DNA of 64,000 nucleotides, taken from the NCBI GenBank assembly GCA_010093815.1, contig ML996566.1. One strand, written 5' to 3'. Positions 27,527 through 39,620 of this stretch are shown one piece after another. The position numbers and the translations under genes were made by a program. Position 1 is the stretch's first letter; each line of letters opens with the position of its first letter. A model generated the notes under the pieces. It did not search any database, was not told the origin of the DNA, and was given only the letters and a program-made list of their open reading frames with translations. This stretch comes from Pseudovirgaria hyperparasitica (taxonomy: Eukaryota).

Positions 27527-29208
27527 TCATTTGCCGTTCGTGGCAAATTTAGCGAGTGCTGGACCATATCTCTCCAGCTCTCTTTCCTTATTCTCCTTTG
27601 CCTTTGCATTATTTGCCTGTATTGCATCTTGCAGTCGCAACTTGTCGTAAGTGATTACGTTCTGCTGGCCCTTCTTGCGCATATGCTTTTTCAATGCAGA
27701 ATTCCTTCCTCGAGCCTTCTTCGTCAGTTTCGCTACTATATCATCTGGTTTGCGATCCAAGTCTCTTTCACGGGCGCGCTGTTCTGCTGATGCCAGATCC
27801 AGGTTTCCGATGAAGTCGGGTTCTAGTGAGATCATCTCAGGTTGTAACTTATTGAGGAGAGATCTGACTTCTGTTTCCTGCCGTTGCTTAACGTTTTCGT
27901 AAGGGTTTACCTCTAAGGCGTCAAAGTTTGGCTCGCCGGCACCGGGAACAATGGCGCTGCTGAAGCCTGCAGAATGACCTATTCCGAGAATATCCTCGAA
28001 TGGACACCACCTGATGCGGGATACGCTCTGACCTTCACCACCCCAACTCATATATGGGTTTTTAATCTTCATCTTGCCAAAAATGTCCCGCCATATTGAT
28101 ACCTGAGTGCCCCATCCAACGGCTACAAGCCCTTTGTCACTAATAGCTACACTCGAAGCTGGCCTATGTGTGAAATAGTCGCTGTCGACTGGTCTCTTGT
28201 AGTTTCGAATGTCCCACACGCTCAGAGTTCCGTCTTGAGCCCCAGATACCATGTATTTTCCGGCGCGATCGACAGCCACAGTATTAATGGGACTGCTACT
28301 ACGGTGTGCCTGTATCCTCGCAAGAGCCGTTGAGGAGTTCGGTGACCAAAGTGTTATCTGGCCTTTGCCATGGCCCATGTGTAGAATCGCATTCCAAGGA
28401 TTTTGGCACATTGCAGTGGTAGGTCCGAGGTGGGTAGAGATCTCAGAGACGATATGACCGATAGAAGTGTCAACATACTTCAGATGACCCTTCGGATTCT
28501 GCAGTTGTTATTATAAACACGAGGTTACCGGATGGGTTGATTCTGACGTACCGTAGTGCAAAGTAAAAAATGATACGGCAAGAATTCCATGTGTGAGACC
28601 TCATGTTGCTTTTTGAGCTTATGGATTTCAACGCCTTGACGGTCATATATGTAGACGCAGTCTTTCTGTGAAACAGCGAACGACTGATTATTGTGTAGCC
28701 ATTTAACATCTCGAACCATTTCTTTAAGGTTGATTTCGCAGCCCAATCTGCCATTCCTCCATTCCATTGTCGCAACATGACCAGTTTTGCTAGCAAGAAG
28801 CAATTCTTTTCCGTTTCGAGTGTACTCCGCAAGATACGGACCCATAGGTAAATCGAGCTTGAATCCCTTCTTTCCTGTCTCCGTGGATACGCTTCGTTGT
28901 ATTTCATCTTGCTTGACTTTGTACGTTCTTTCTATCTCGCCTTCGGGCTCCAAGAATCCAGCATCGTGCTCCTGCAGGATCTCTGCATCTCTTGCTGCCA
29001 GTATGGCCTTCTTATTCTTCTCCTCTACACGTTTTAGAGTCTCACGCAGTTTTTTGTCCCTAATGCTTTTTGTTCGCACTCTCTGGCCACGGCCGTACTT
29101 TTGGCGGGCTTCAGCTTCTCGTCGTCTTTCGACTTCGGCGTCAGTATCGTGCATCATGGCTCTGCTCGTGTGCGGTTGTTCACCGGCAGCTGTAAAAGCG
29201 ATACTCAT
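27527..29208 (-). CDS. UTP7: U3 snoRNA-associated WD40 protein Utp7 (WDR46/BING4); 2 exons
   Basis: EGEIERTYKVKQDEI, YTRNGKELLL, EFLPYHFLL, QNPWNAILHMGH and BING4CT motif PGAGEPNFDALEVNPYE. Intron 28499-28551. An alternative in-frame ATG lies at 29271. Confidence 0.95.
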
Positions 29209-29698
29209 TGTGTTATGAATATCACCGTCAGCCGTTATATAGTCGAATGTTGGTAAAACGATGCGCAGCATGAAAGGTTTGTAGAATTCTAGGCCATGAA
29301 TTTTGGTGTCCTATCGATAAGAAACCAGGCAGAAATCAGGCAGGCGTCAGGCATAGATTACTGAGGCACAAACCGTGTGTTATGCATGGTTTTCCACTTA
29401 CTCAACCGTTATTCAGCTTTGATTATCTACTACCAGTATGGAGAGAGAGACGCGCTAGATTAATTGGTTCCGTCAGTCAACTTAAACTGTTACATTTTTT
29501 GGACAAAAGTTCCAACAATCATCCACGAGCTTTGTCACGTCACATCACAATAGTAAAATGATGATGAAAAAGTTCTTTCCTTGCCGAACAAATTGTGCGA
29601 TTAATATTTCAGTTCACCCTTAAAGCCTAGAATGTCAAACTTGAAAGAATAAAGGTACAAGGTACTCATCAACATGTGCTCAGTATAGTCTATATTCA

Positions 29699-31287
29699 CT
29701 AAACCTCCACATTTTTGAAAGACAACTCCCTCGTCGGGTCTGCCATTGAATGCACTCCGAATTCAAGATTTGGGAACCGCTCCGTCTGCCCTTCCGGCAT
29801 CTTCATATCATACTTCTGCAACGTCTGTGCTACGATCATCTTGTATGTATTAGCTGTTAATCTCCACCGTGGCATCAGAGCCTTACCTTAATCTCATTGG
29901 CAGCAAAAAACCGGCCAACGCAGGCGTGACGACCGAAACCGAATGTCATTAAGTCCTTCGTGACGCTGACGAATTGATACCTTGATGCACCCTCAGCCCC
30001 CGAGTCGCGCAGTTCCGCAAATCGGAATGGCTTGAACTTTTCTGGCTCCGGATAGAGCTCGGGATCGCGAGATATTGCGTGACCGGCCACCTCTATCATG
30101 GTGCCGGCAGGGATGAACTGGCCGTTTGAGAGCGTGAAGGGTGCCATGACTTTCCGTCTCATGGAGACAGCACTGCCCAGGTGGAAGCGCATGCTCTCCT
30201 TAATGAAGGAGTCCATCTTACGGAGTTGTTGAAGCGCAGCAACAGTGAGGACGCCATTGTGTTCGGCGAGCACAGTGCGGATTTCTTCTCTTAGAGGAGT
30301 AATGTACTCAGGGTGCGCGGCGAGGTCATAAAAGACATTGGTACTGGTCATGGTGGTGGTGTGTATTGCGGCGAATGTCATACCGAGCTGAATGTAAGCA
30401 ATATCTTCAGTCGACGACGTGCCATGCTTGTCGGCTTTTGTGATCAGCCAGGACAGAACGTCGTCAGGGAGGACTTCGCCGGAGGCAGCGAGGCAGCGGC
30501 GTTGTTTAAGAACTGGGGCAATGAGGTTGTTGAAATTTTCTTCCCTCTTGCGGAGGGTCTTGACCTCTGGGAGGAAGTTCCCTTTGAGCCTCTTAAGCCA
30601 TGGACTTAGGCCCTTGACCTTGCGATGAGCATCCATGAGCTCGATCGTATATTTAATGGCTGACTCAATATAGTCCTCGTTATAGCAGAGTTCGGGTCCG
30701 ACAAATATTCGTCCAGAAGCAATAGCCACGATTCTAAGGAGCTTCTGATGAATATTCACAGGCGTCCAACCTGCATTATCACCAATCTCTTTTCTCACCA
30801 GGGAGTTTACTTCGTCAAAAAGAACAGGATTGATGCGTACAAGAGCTGGTGTCAGATCGGCCTTGATGACATGAGGAGTGACGACCATGGAATGGAAAGC
30901 CGGAACCTTGGTGAACCTCTTCTCCATAGACTCCTCAAGAGCACCCTCAAAGCTGAGAACACTGTCGGGAAGTTTCCTCAGCTCATCGAGATATCGTGGA
31001 GATATGACCAATCTATCCTCGGTACCATCGGCCGTGGTGATTCGGAAGCCTGTGAAGGACTTGCATTTCTTACACCCCCTGAGATAGAGTTCCTTGCCAT
31101 GCGCAAGATAGTAGTCCCGTCGTGCCTTTGCATTACCAATCTCCTCTCCAATCAGCGGAATCTGTGAAAGTGGATTTTTGGTGAGCAGACGTAAGGACAG
31201 GATAAACGCTGAACAAATAAAAGTGATGGTCGAGATGATGGGCACGTAGTCACCGACGCAAGTAAGTAGTTGGCTTTCCATCATCAT
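29699..31287 (-). CDS. Cytochrome P450 monooxygenase (ent-kaurene-oxidase-like secondary-metabolism type); 2 exons
   Basis: N-terminal TM, I-helix FAAIHTT, ExxR (KESMR), PEKFKPFRF and heme motif FGFGRHACVGRFFA. A 47-nt intron (29840-29886) gives the C-terminus MIVAQTLQKYDMK...FKNVEV*. Confidence 0.92.
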
Positions 31288-31902
31288 GACCGTGTGATTA
31301 GGTGTCTGAGTATAGCGCAGCAAAGGTCGAAAGAGTGCTCAAGAGAGGACTATTAGTTAACATAAATAGACAAGTAGACACAATAGATCCTACGGAAAAT
31401 GATCTGAGATGGTCAGAGTAGACAAACATCTCACTAGTCTCGAGTGACGCAAATTAGTATGGTGCGACAACAGGTATCATTGCGAATAAACTGTGTCCAC
31501 GCGGTATTCAGGATGATAACAGTCATAGTTCTCTTCCGATTGGCGATGATCTAGCAAGATGGTTGCCTTGTGGCACATATATGGTATAGTGTTGACCTCG
31601 GCCAAGGCGCGCGTTGAGTTGGGATCCATGCGTTGGCTGGTGATCTGTGATGCCCAGTCGTGATCTTGTAGGGCAGTATGGGGAGTTTTCATGGGACTTC
31701 TGCCGTCTGTGTGTCCTTAGTATAGTTTCTAGGATATGTTAGGCTTAAGCGTCAATTAGGAGCGAATGCTGCTTGAACTTTAGTTAGTGTCAAGGTTAAT
31801 GTATCTGATGGACGATTTTTCCTGACTACAACAAGAACCTGTGGAGGCGCAAACACTACTCTATTTAGTTAGCATTGATGGCTGAGAATGTCCTTGTTAT
31901 GC

Positions 31903-32191
31903 GAAAGAATGTTCTTTCCACTGAGGAAGGTTTCTTATCCTTGCGTAGGCAGTAGGCACAGCCCCGGTGTGGCACCCAAAACCCTCCTGGGCGACACCCG
32001 AAGGTGTCTTCAAGGGTGAGTGTGAAGTGCGAGATCCGCGTATGAGGAGAGCCCTGGATTGTGTGCTACGATATGTAGCGTAGCAGAAACTCCTTTTCGA
32101 AACAAGGATTCTTATCCCTACTTAGTCGCGATCGTCACCTATATACGACTAGTAATCTGTGAACAACAACAAAGTACTGACTGCACAGTAC
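31903..32191. other. Cluster of short hairpins ending in an (AAC)3 tract; candidate structured ncRNA or retroelement 3' end
   Basis: Six short inverted repeats within 290 nt (listed in findings). Not identified to any family. Confidence 0.3.
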
Positions 32192-34848
32192 AAAGCTAAG
32201 ATCGATCTTGACCCACCGACAAATTTTACGCCGGATACCATAGTGGGCGAACAAACTCACTCATGTGCATGAATTTGTGAACCAATCACAATTAATGTTA
32301 AGAGGCCCGCCTATTTTAGCCTCATCGACTTGGTTCGGAAATAACGCGGCCAATTGAAACCGTGTGACTTTGCCCTACAGAAGTTAGTTCGGGCGGCCAT
32401 CTCACGTAAGATGGTACATTAGTAAATATACTCGGATACTATCCGAAGGACCGAGGGAGAGCTAAGATCTACTAGATAGAAGTAGAGAACTATAGTATGA
32501 AAAAGTAGGCTACGCGATGTTTATAACATGTTACTGTATTGCAAGGGATACCCTAAAAAGCTTGCTCAGACCCCCTTATTCAGACCCTCAAAGGGCGTGA
32601 TGGTCTGTTTTCAGCGTTTATATCGTTTATATCAATCAGACCTGCCGCTAGCGCCGATTCAGGTCTAGTCCTTACCTCAAAAGGTAATCATTAAGCACTG
32701 ACAACAAAGCTAAGACCTTGCCCCACTGATAATCATTTCCCCAGTTCACTAACATTCATATGTGGGTGATGCCTCTAGGCTCTAGCACAGGTCAATAAGC
32801 ACATAAAGCGAATACGAACGCGAGATTGAAGATCCCCAGGTGAACCTTAGCAGTAAAACGGCTAAAGTAGCAGCAGCCACCTACACAAGACGACCATCAA
32901 TTCGTTGTGGAATTTGGATATGTGCTTAATAACGACGTCTTGGCTTGATCACAAGACAGTGTGACGAGATGTCGTCAAGTCGGTAAGATACTGGCTAGCT
33001 TTGCTGATGTCTGGATACACGTTCCTTCATGTCCGATCACACTGTAGCAGGCGACTCACCAAACCGACCTTACCGAAACGGATTCTAAAACTGCCGTGTG
33101 GCCGTTATCGTATGGCATCTACTAGCTCCTGCTCAAGACGTTTGTCCAAGAATGTTCCACGGCCATGGCTCTCTGATCGTGAGGCAGGTATCATGTCCGA
33201 ATGGGTGTTAGTTTCTGTCGAGGCTTCACACTTTCCGATCTTGGTCGAGGGCTTATGTACGCCCAATGGCGTTAGAAGAACAACATCCTATGCTAACGGC
33301 CCCTTCTTAGGCCTCCTTGCTCTGGGTTTATGGTATCTCTTGGTGACGAAAAGAGACTGGCGATAAGCCTCACGAATGGTTCCATAGCCTATAACGGTGC
33401 TATGTATAGAATTGGTCTCCTCAACTAAGTATAGTTAATTTCGAATTTCGCCCTGGCCAGTTCCACTTCTTCTGAATGCAGACAGAACGACCTCCGTGAC
33501 GTAGAGAAAATGACAAGAGCGAAGCGCTGACGTACGTATGAACGCAGGCCCAAAGGAAGCCAGGGTTCATGGACGGTAGAGCATCGGAGGGTCACACAGA
33601 CAGTCACACGTAGACGAAGCGACAGACGACACAATTGACGAAGTGCACGTCTGGTACTGAACGAAGTGACGTGTCGACTTAACCATGGATCGGAGCTTTC
33701 CGCTGTGGTTTCATATCGTGTACGACTCGTTTATTCGAAAGAGTAGGATGATCCATGTGTCTCTGTTGCGCGTCTTGGTCAATCATGGAGGAAAGAGTGC
33801 TCCCGCATCTCTTAGTACATCACTTGACTGGAAGCGCATCGAAGTTTCTCCTTCGTTGCCGATATAAAAGAATTACTATGTCTATCATGAGACTAAGCGT
33901 GTTCTTCAGTCGCTCTGACAGCACTTGTAAGGAACGCATTTGGGGCTCGACTAGTAGTCACCGAGGACTGTAGTATCTTGAAGCTCGTTTCACTTTGCCG
34001 GCACTTCCGTAGAACAAGTGACTGTCTAACTCCTTCTAATACTCATCAGGCAGTTCGTCACAGTCAGTGACGGCAGTCTTAGACGTATGTGAAACTTCCC
34101 CCTAGAAGATATCGGCGCAACCGTGCTCTGATAGCAGATTCTTCAGCTCTCTCTTGACGGCTGAGCTGAAGGAAGGTCTCTAGCTAAGCCCTTTACATGC
34201 CTGTCTACACTCAGTTTTAAGTGTACGTGCACATTGTCGATAAAGAGCGGCTGCAATACCAATGATTAGGGCTAGCATGGTGAGAGGATTTACAGTCTAC
34301 TACACAACCACTAAGAGGACTCAAACCACAGGTGTTCCCAGAGCGAGGACACTAGCAACGAAATCTTTGAACTGTCAGGAACACGTCCAGGTCTTGATTT
34401 GACGATGAGATTGTGAGGTCTTTAGGGGGCTGTACAGCCTGGTGTTCTAAGATGCATGCATGCATGCGCACATCAGCTGGTGTCGATCTGCTGACTCTCA
34501 CGATCTGTGAGAGCAATGGATGCAGCTTGAGTACAGTGAGCATCCTGAGAGGGTACGGCGTAATTTATAAACTCTGAGTGTATTTATAGCGAGTCGTCCT
34601 GAGTGTGCCAAGGATTTGCAAAGGTGGAGTTAGAACACCCTGCAATCGCCACATATCACACCCATGATCTTATTCGGTGAGAAGTCTATCGCCTAATCAC
34701 GCCATCGTCAGCCTCCAACGTAACATCCTACTCGTTTGTGACTTCGTCAGTAGACAAAGTAGAAACAGACTTTGAGAGCAGAGTAGCACACTCAACATTG
34801 ATTGCAATACTTCTAGACATCTTTACCTACCAGAACATAGAAAGCACG

Positions 34849-36832
34849 ATGAGACTTTTCACAAGCTTTATGCTCTGCGTGGCGATCCATCTGGCTACCT
34901 CTTATCCTCACTCCCGCTATGCCAACATTCTCAAGAGGCGGTCTGATGTACAAGACAAATACGACTATGTCATAATCGGTGGCGGTACCGCTGGGCTTAC
35001 CGTAGGCGACCGCCTGTCTGAAAATGGCAAACGTAGGTTCTTGTGGCAATGAGATATCATATACTAACAAGGAAAAGACACAGTACTAGTAATCGAGGCT
35101 GGCGCCTTAGATGATCAGAGCGGATTTCCCGGAAATACAAACTCTAGCCGAATGTTCAACATCCGGTCCACTTCTCAGCGGGAGCTGAACAACCGCGACT
35201 TCTGGGTTGGTATTGGAAAGGTTGTTGGAGGAAGCTCGAACGTTAACGGACAAGTGTTTCTTCGAGGCACTAAGGAGGAGTACGATATATGGAAGAAGCT
35301 TGGTGGTCCTCACTCCACTTGGGATTGGACAGGACTACTACCATACTTCAAAAGGGTGAGCTGGAATACACTCAAGATGATAGTTCTGTGCTGATAAGAC
35401 AGGCTGTTCATTTCACGCCTCCTGATCCTGGTATTGCAAAGGAGTTCAATATCACATACGACCTGAACGCCTGGGGTCAAGACCCGAGGGCCAAGATATA
35501 CGCCACCTTCTCCAATACCTTTAAAGCAGGCATGAGTATGAGATTATACATACCAGTCATGTTATCGATCAACGCTTATACTCAATACAGAGATACTGTA
35601 TAATGCAATGAGGAACATGCCTGGAGTTGATGTACCCATAGACGGGGCCGGGGGTGCAAACGGTCTCTTGTGGTTCACGACTTCTATGGATCCAAAGACG
35701 TACTTACGGTCGTATGCCAGGACTGGCCACTGGGACGGGCTTAATCGTACCAATTATGAGCTCATTCCCAACACACGAGTCTCGAAGCCCATATTTGAAG
35801 GAACCGCAGTAATTGGCGTTGAGTATGGACCGGCGACTCATGGCGTAAAAAGAACGGTCAGGGCTATGAAGGAAGTTATTCTCGCTGCAGGCACAGTACA
35901 TACTCCTCAAATACTTCAGCTTAGCGGCATAGGCCCTGAAGCATTACTCGAAGAAGCCAACATCACCGCGAAGGTCAATCTCCCAGGTGTGGGCATGAAC
36001 TTCCAAGACCACAGCTACATCCCTAGTATCAGCTACTCCTGTAAGTCTCCTAGTCATCAGTATGAAGAGCATGACCTGAAATTCAACAGGGGGTAAAGTA
36101 CCACCAGAACCGCCACTGAACCACACGATCCCCATAGGCGGATCAAATCCTGTCCTTGGAGCTTTTCTTGGCTTGCCTGCGATTACACCTAACAATTATG
36201 AAATTCTGGCAAACAGATTCTCCTCGCAAGCACCAGAGACATATCTTCCTGTAAATGTGCACCCAACAGTCGTGGCAGGTTACGCCAAGCAGAAGCAGAT
36301 CTGGGCTGAAGCGATGCGCTCAAAAGGCGTGACGTTCCTCGAATATATAATGTCGGACGGTCCTGGTGGGTCTGTACAAAATTTACATTGCGCATCCCGA
36401 GGCACAATCATGATCGATGTAGCAAACCCACAGGGCGAGATGATAGTTGATTATCGTGCGGGCACCAATCCGATCGATATCGATGTCATGGTAGAGAACA
36501 TCAAGTTCATGCGCCGCTTCATGACTACCGGGGAGCTAGCACAGTACGAAGCTGTGGAACTGTCGCCTGGTATTAGCTTTGATGACGATGAGAAGCTTGC
36601 TGGGTGGGCGAGAGAGCATATTATCCCCTCAGTCTTTCATCCTGTGGGTACTGCGGCCATGATGCCGCGAGAGCTGGGTGGTGTTGTCGATGACAAGCTG
36701 CTTGTGTATGGGGTGCAAGGTCTCAGCGTTGTTGACGCGAGCATTATGCCTACCATTGTCGGGGCTACAACTTCCATGACTGTGTATGCTGTTGCAGAGA
36801 AAGCTGCAGATATGATCAAAGCTCGAGCTTGA
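34849..36832 (+). CDS. Secreted GMC oxidoreductase (CAZy AA3_2-like); 5 exons
   Basis: Signal peptide, FAD motif YDYVIIGGGTAGLTVGDRLSE, VLVIEAG, GKVVGGSSNVNG, ILAAGTVHTPQILQLSGIG, FQDH, FHPVGTAAM and VVDASIMP. Four introns near 35033, 35356, 35536 and 36041. Confidence 0.93.
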
Positions 36833-37060
36833 ACCCGATAGCTCTACTATCGAGTCGCAATAATGGATAAACAGCTCTCTCTGTAGGTCGCTATTCACTT
36901 CAACCACTGGTATTATGCAAAATCGAGTGACGGTAAGACAGGGTCCTCCTAGTCTTCTAGATCAAATTCTTGGGTTCGATTTTTCTTACAGTGCCTGTAG
37001 CATCGAGGCCAAGTCGAATGTCTACCACATCGCTACCTTGTGTAAAATCAAATTATCTCT

Positions 37061-39193
37061 TCATTGTGTATTCTCTTTTGCGTTTTCGGGGCTTCCATCC
37101 TGAGAAGCATCCTTCCCACCTTTCGATAGCCCGGCTGCGCGCGACCCGGCACTGATCTTATTTGTCCGATCAGCCATTTCCCTTGTGTCTTTTCTATTGA
37201 CCTCTTCCTTCATCTCAGTCACCTGACTGGCGTCGTTCTTCATTGCTCTCTCCTTTTCACTATATTCTCGATGTTTCTCCTCGTACAGCTCCTCCTCCTT
37301 GCCCTCCTGTTCCTCAATCTCGGCCTCCTCTACGTTGATATCTTCGAAACCAATCTCTCTTAGTATGCGCCCACTGAGATACCGATACTGCAAGTGATTC
37401 TTGACCAAGTTGCTCACGTCGATATTTTCTACGCCAGACACGCCTGAAATCGCCTGTAGTCCTGCGACACCGTATTGAATGCTGCTCGTGCGGTACAAAA
37501 ACCCTAGCATGTAGTCATTTGTCGAGTACGCGTTGACTACACGTCCGCTAACGACTGCGCGCATACGACGCCAGTCAGATGCTGTACTGGGCGTCGGGGC
37601 TCCCAGGAGGGCTACGCTTTCCACTAGCCCAAACGCTTTGCGGTCTGCCAGTGTTTGTAGGCACTTGTAGATGACGCGCGCACCCAGCGAGTATCCGACT
37701 AGTGTGACAGGCCGCTCGCCTTGAGCTTTGTTGATCAATGCGTCCGCGAGAACTTCGCCTGCCTTCTCACTTCGGCTACGCGCGACACTAAATGGGTTGT
37801 CCAAGATGCGCGACACCTTTAGCAGACCGATAGGCCACAGACCGGCAGTCAAAGACGCAAGAATGGTTCGCTTCATGATCTCGCTCTTTGCAAAACTCCA
37901 TGCTGCGCTCTTCACAAGTGTGCTGATGCTGTTGCCTAAAGCCAACAATGCCTCAAGCTCGTAGCGCAGCGCAAAACCTTCAATACTGGGCCCAATAATG
38001 CGCCACGGCGTAACAACCTCGGACTTGTCAGTGAGCCAACCCGAGATACCGATCGCGACTCGCAGGCGCCGGGACTCTTCTTCAGCCTTGCGCGGCCGGT
38101 GGATATCTTTCACTGGAATAAATGCAAAGTCACTGACCTCTTTTGCGTACTGATCCATCATCTGGCCGGTCATACGTGCTCCGTACGCGCCGAAGAGACC
38201 GCCCACAAGCACCGATGAACTAGCCAATGCCCCTAGATAACCCGCAGCAGCTGTAGCACCCAGCCCGAGCCCACCCATGACAGAACCTATACCAGCTGCC
38301 AGAAGAGGTGCGGCGAGTCCCCCAGTGATACCAATCACAGCGGCACCTGCGACAGAGGCCAGTCCAACTTTCCACTTGCGCGCAGACTTGTTCTCATTAG
38401 CCTTCGTCTTGGTCTCCTCGTCGGCGTTCATTTGTTTCTGCGCGGCCTCGAGGAGACCGCGCGCAATCTGAGTTTCGTGCTCTGCGAGGAAAGACATAGA
38501 GAGGTTGAGGCTGGTCGTCAGGCGAAGTAATAGAATACGAGAGTGTGCAGAGTAGTGCTCGAGACTGAGCATTATGAGCAGGATAGAGTGTAGGACTAGG
38601 GCTCTCTTCTCCTTAGCCATCTGAGTCAGTGGTGTATCGACGACAGGATAGAGTTTCTTCATCGCCGCCTCTGCAGCATCGCCAGGCTGCACTTCATCTT
38701 GTATCAAGCGCTCATGTTGGTTTGGCGAGTCTGAACATGATAACTCGTGTGCTTGCTTTTGTGCTGTCTCTTTTGCATTGATGGTTGACCCAAGTCTTGT
38801 CACTACGCTGTCCCTCCAGTCGTCAAAGTATTGCAGCGCATCGGCTTGGAGTTCTTGCATTCTGGGAGTAGAAAACCCTTTCTCGCGACGGTCTGGGTCT
38901 TGGCATTCTTTGTTGGTAACCTCGACCTCTAAAATAGCAGGGCCGACATTAATGTTCTGCAACGCGTCGTCCCCTGTTACATTGGGGGTTTGATCGGCAG
39001 GATTGCCTGTATGATTTGGACCAAAAGTGTTTATCAATGACTCACGCATGACTTCGGTGCATGCCACTACAAGGAGAGTCAGTTCACCTCGTAGTTCAGC
39101 GGTTTCAAGAATTGACGTGAGACTTTGTCCATCTTCATGAGATCCTGCTGGTGAAGCCTCCTCTCTAGGGGACCATGGTAGGTTTTTTAACAT
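37061..39193 (-). CDS. DUF726/TMCO4-like alpha/beta-hydrolase-fold membrane protein
   Basis: GLASVAGAAVIGITGGLAAPLLAAG, RPVTLVGYSLGARVI and VVSGRVVNAYSTNDYML. First ATG at 39193 (the ORF track starts at an upstream TTG). Confidence 0.88.
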   Translation of the reverse strand: MLKNLPWSPREEASPAGSHEDGQSLTSILETAELRGELTLLVVACTEVMRESLINTFGPNHTGNPADQTPNVTGDDALQNINVGPAILEVEVTNKECQDPDRREKGFSTPRMQELQADALQYFDDWRDSVVTRLGSTINAKETAQKQAHELSCSDSPNQHERLIQDEVQPGDAAEAAMKKLYPVVDTPLTQMAKEKRALVLHSILLIMLSLEHYSAHSRILLLRLTTSLNLSMSFLAEHETQIARGLLEAAQKQMNADEETKTKANENKSARKWKVGLASVAGAAVIGITGGLAAPLLAAGIGSVMGGLGLGATAAAGYLGALASSSVLVGGLFGAYGARMTGQMMDQYAKEVSDFAFIPVKDIHRPRKAEEESRRLRVAIGISGWLTDKSEVVTPWRIIGPSIEGFALRYELEALLALGNSISTLVKSAAWSFAKSEIMKRTILASLTAGLWPIGLLKVSRILDNPFSVARSRSEKAGEVLADALINKAQGERPVTLVGYSLGARVIYKCLQTLADRKAFGLVESVALLGAPTPSTASDWRRMRAVVSGRVVNAYSTNDYMLGFLYRTSSIQYGVAGLQAISGVSGVENIDVSNLVKNHLQYRYLSGRILREIGFEDINVEEAEIEEQEGKEEELYEEKHREYSEKERAMKNDASQVTEMKEEVNRKDTREMADRTNKISAGSRAAGLSKGGKDASQDGSPENAKENTQ

Positions 39194-39620
39194 CTTTGAT
39201 GTAGATGCAACGTAACCTACGGTGCAGCTGGACAAAAACAAAACGTTGCGAAGGTTTCTTGTCGCAGGTAGTTTAGTCCATACTACTCGCAATTCGTGTC
39301 AGACGTGTGCTCTATGACGTAACGCGTATGGATTACAAGTCTCCAACCTAAGCTAGAGTAGCGTAGCTTTCAGTGGGAAGTGGGGCTGGAACCAGATTGC
39401 ACCCTACCACTTACTTACATAGTCGACATCCAGTATAATGTGGCGGTGTTGTCAAGCATGCTGATGTCGTAAAGCAGTGTAGTCAGAACTCGAAGAGGTT
39501 CAATTACGACTATGACAATGACATATTCCTGCGTGATTCTATGACAAACTTACACAGCGCTGAGCGAACATACCATATCTCGCTACCCAGAGTAATCCAT
39601 AAGGTCAACTAGACTCAAAC

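Noticed and set aside
31901..31945. CTGAGGA plus GAAA as a hammerhead ribozyme core
   Set aside because: Stems I and II cannot be formed in the required order and spacing.
31973..32018. HDV-like ribozyme (CACCC/GGGTG with a P4-like hairpin and CAA)
   Set aside because: Only 15 nt lie between the putative P2 and P4, too short for P3-L3-P1-P1.1.
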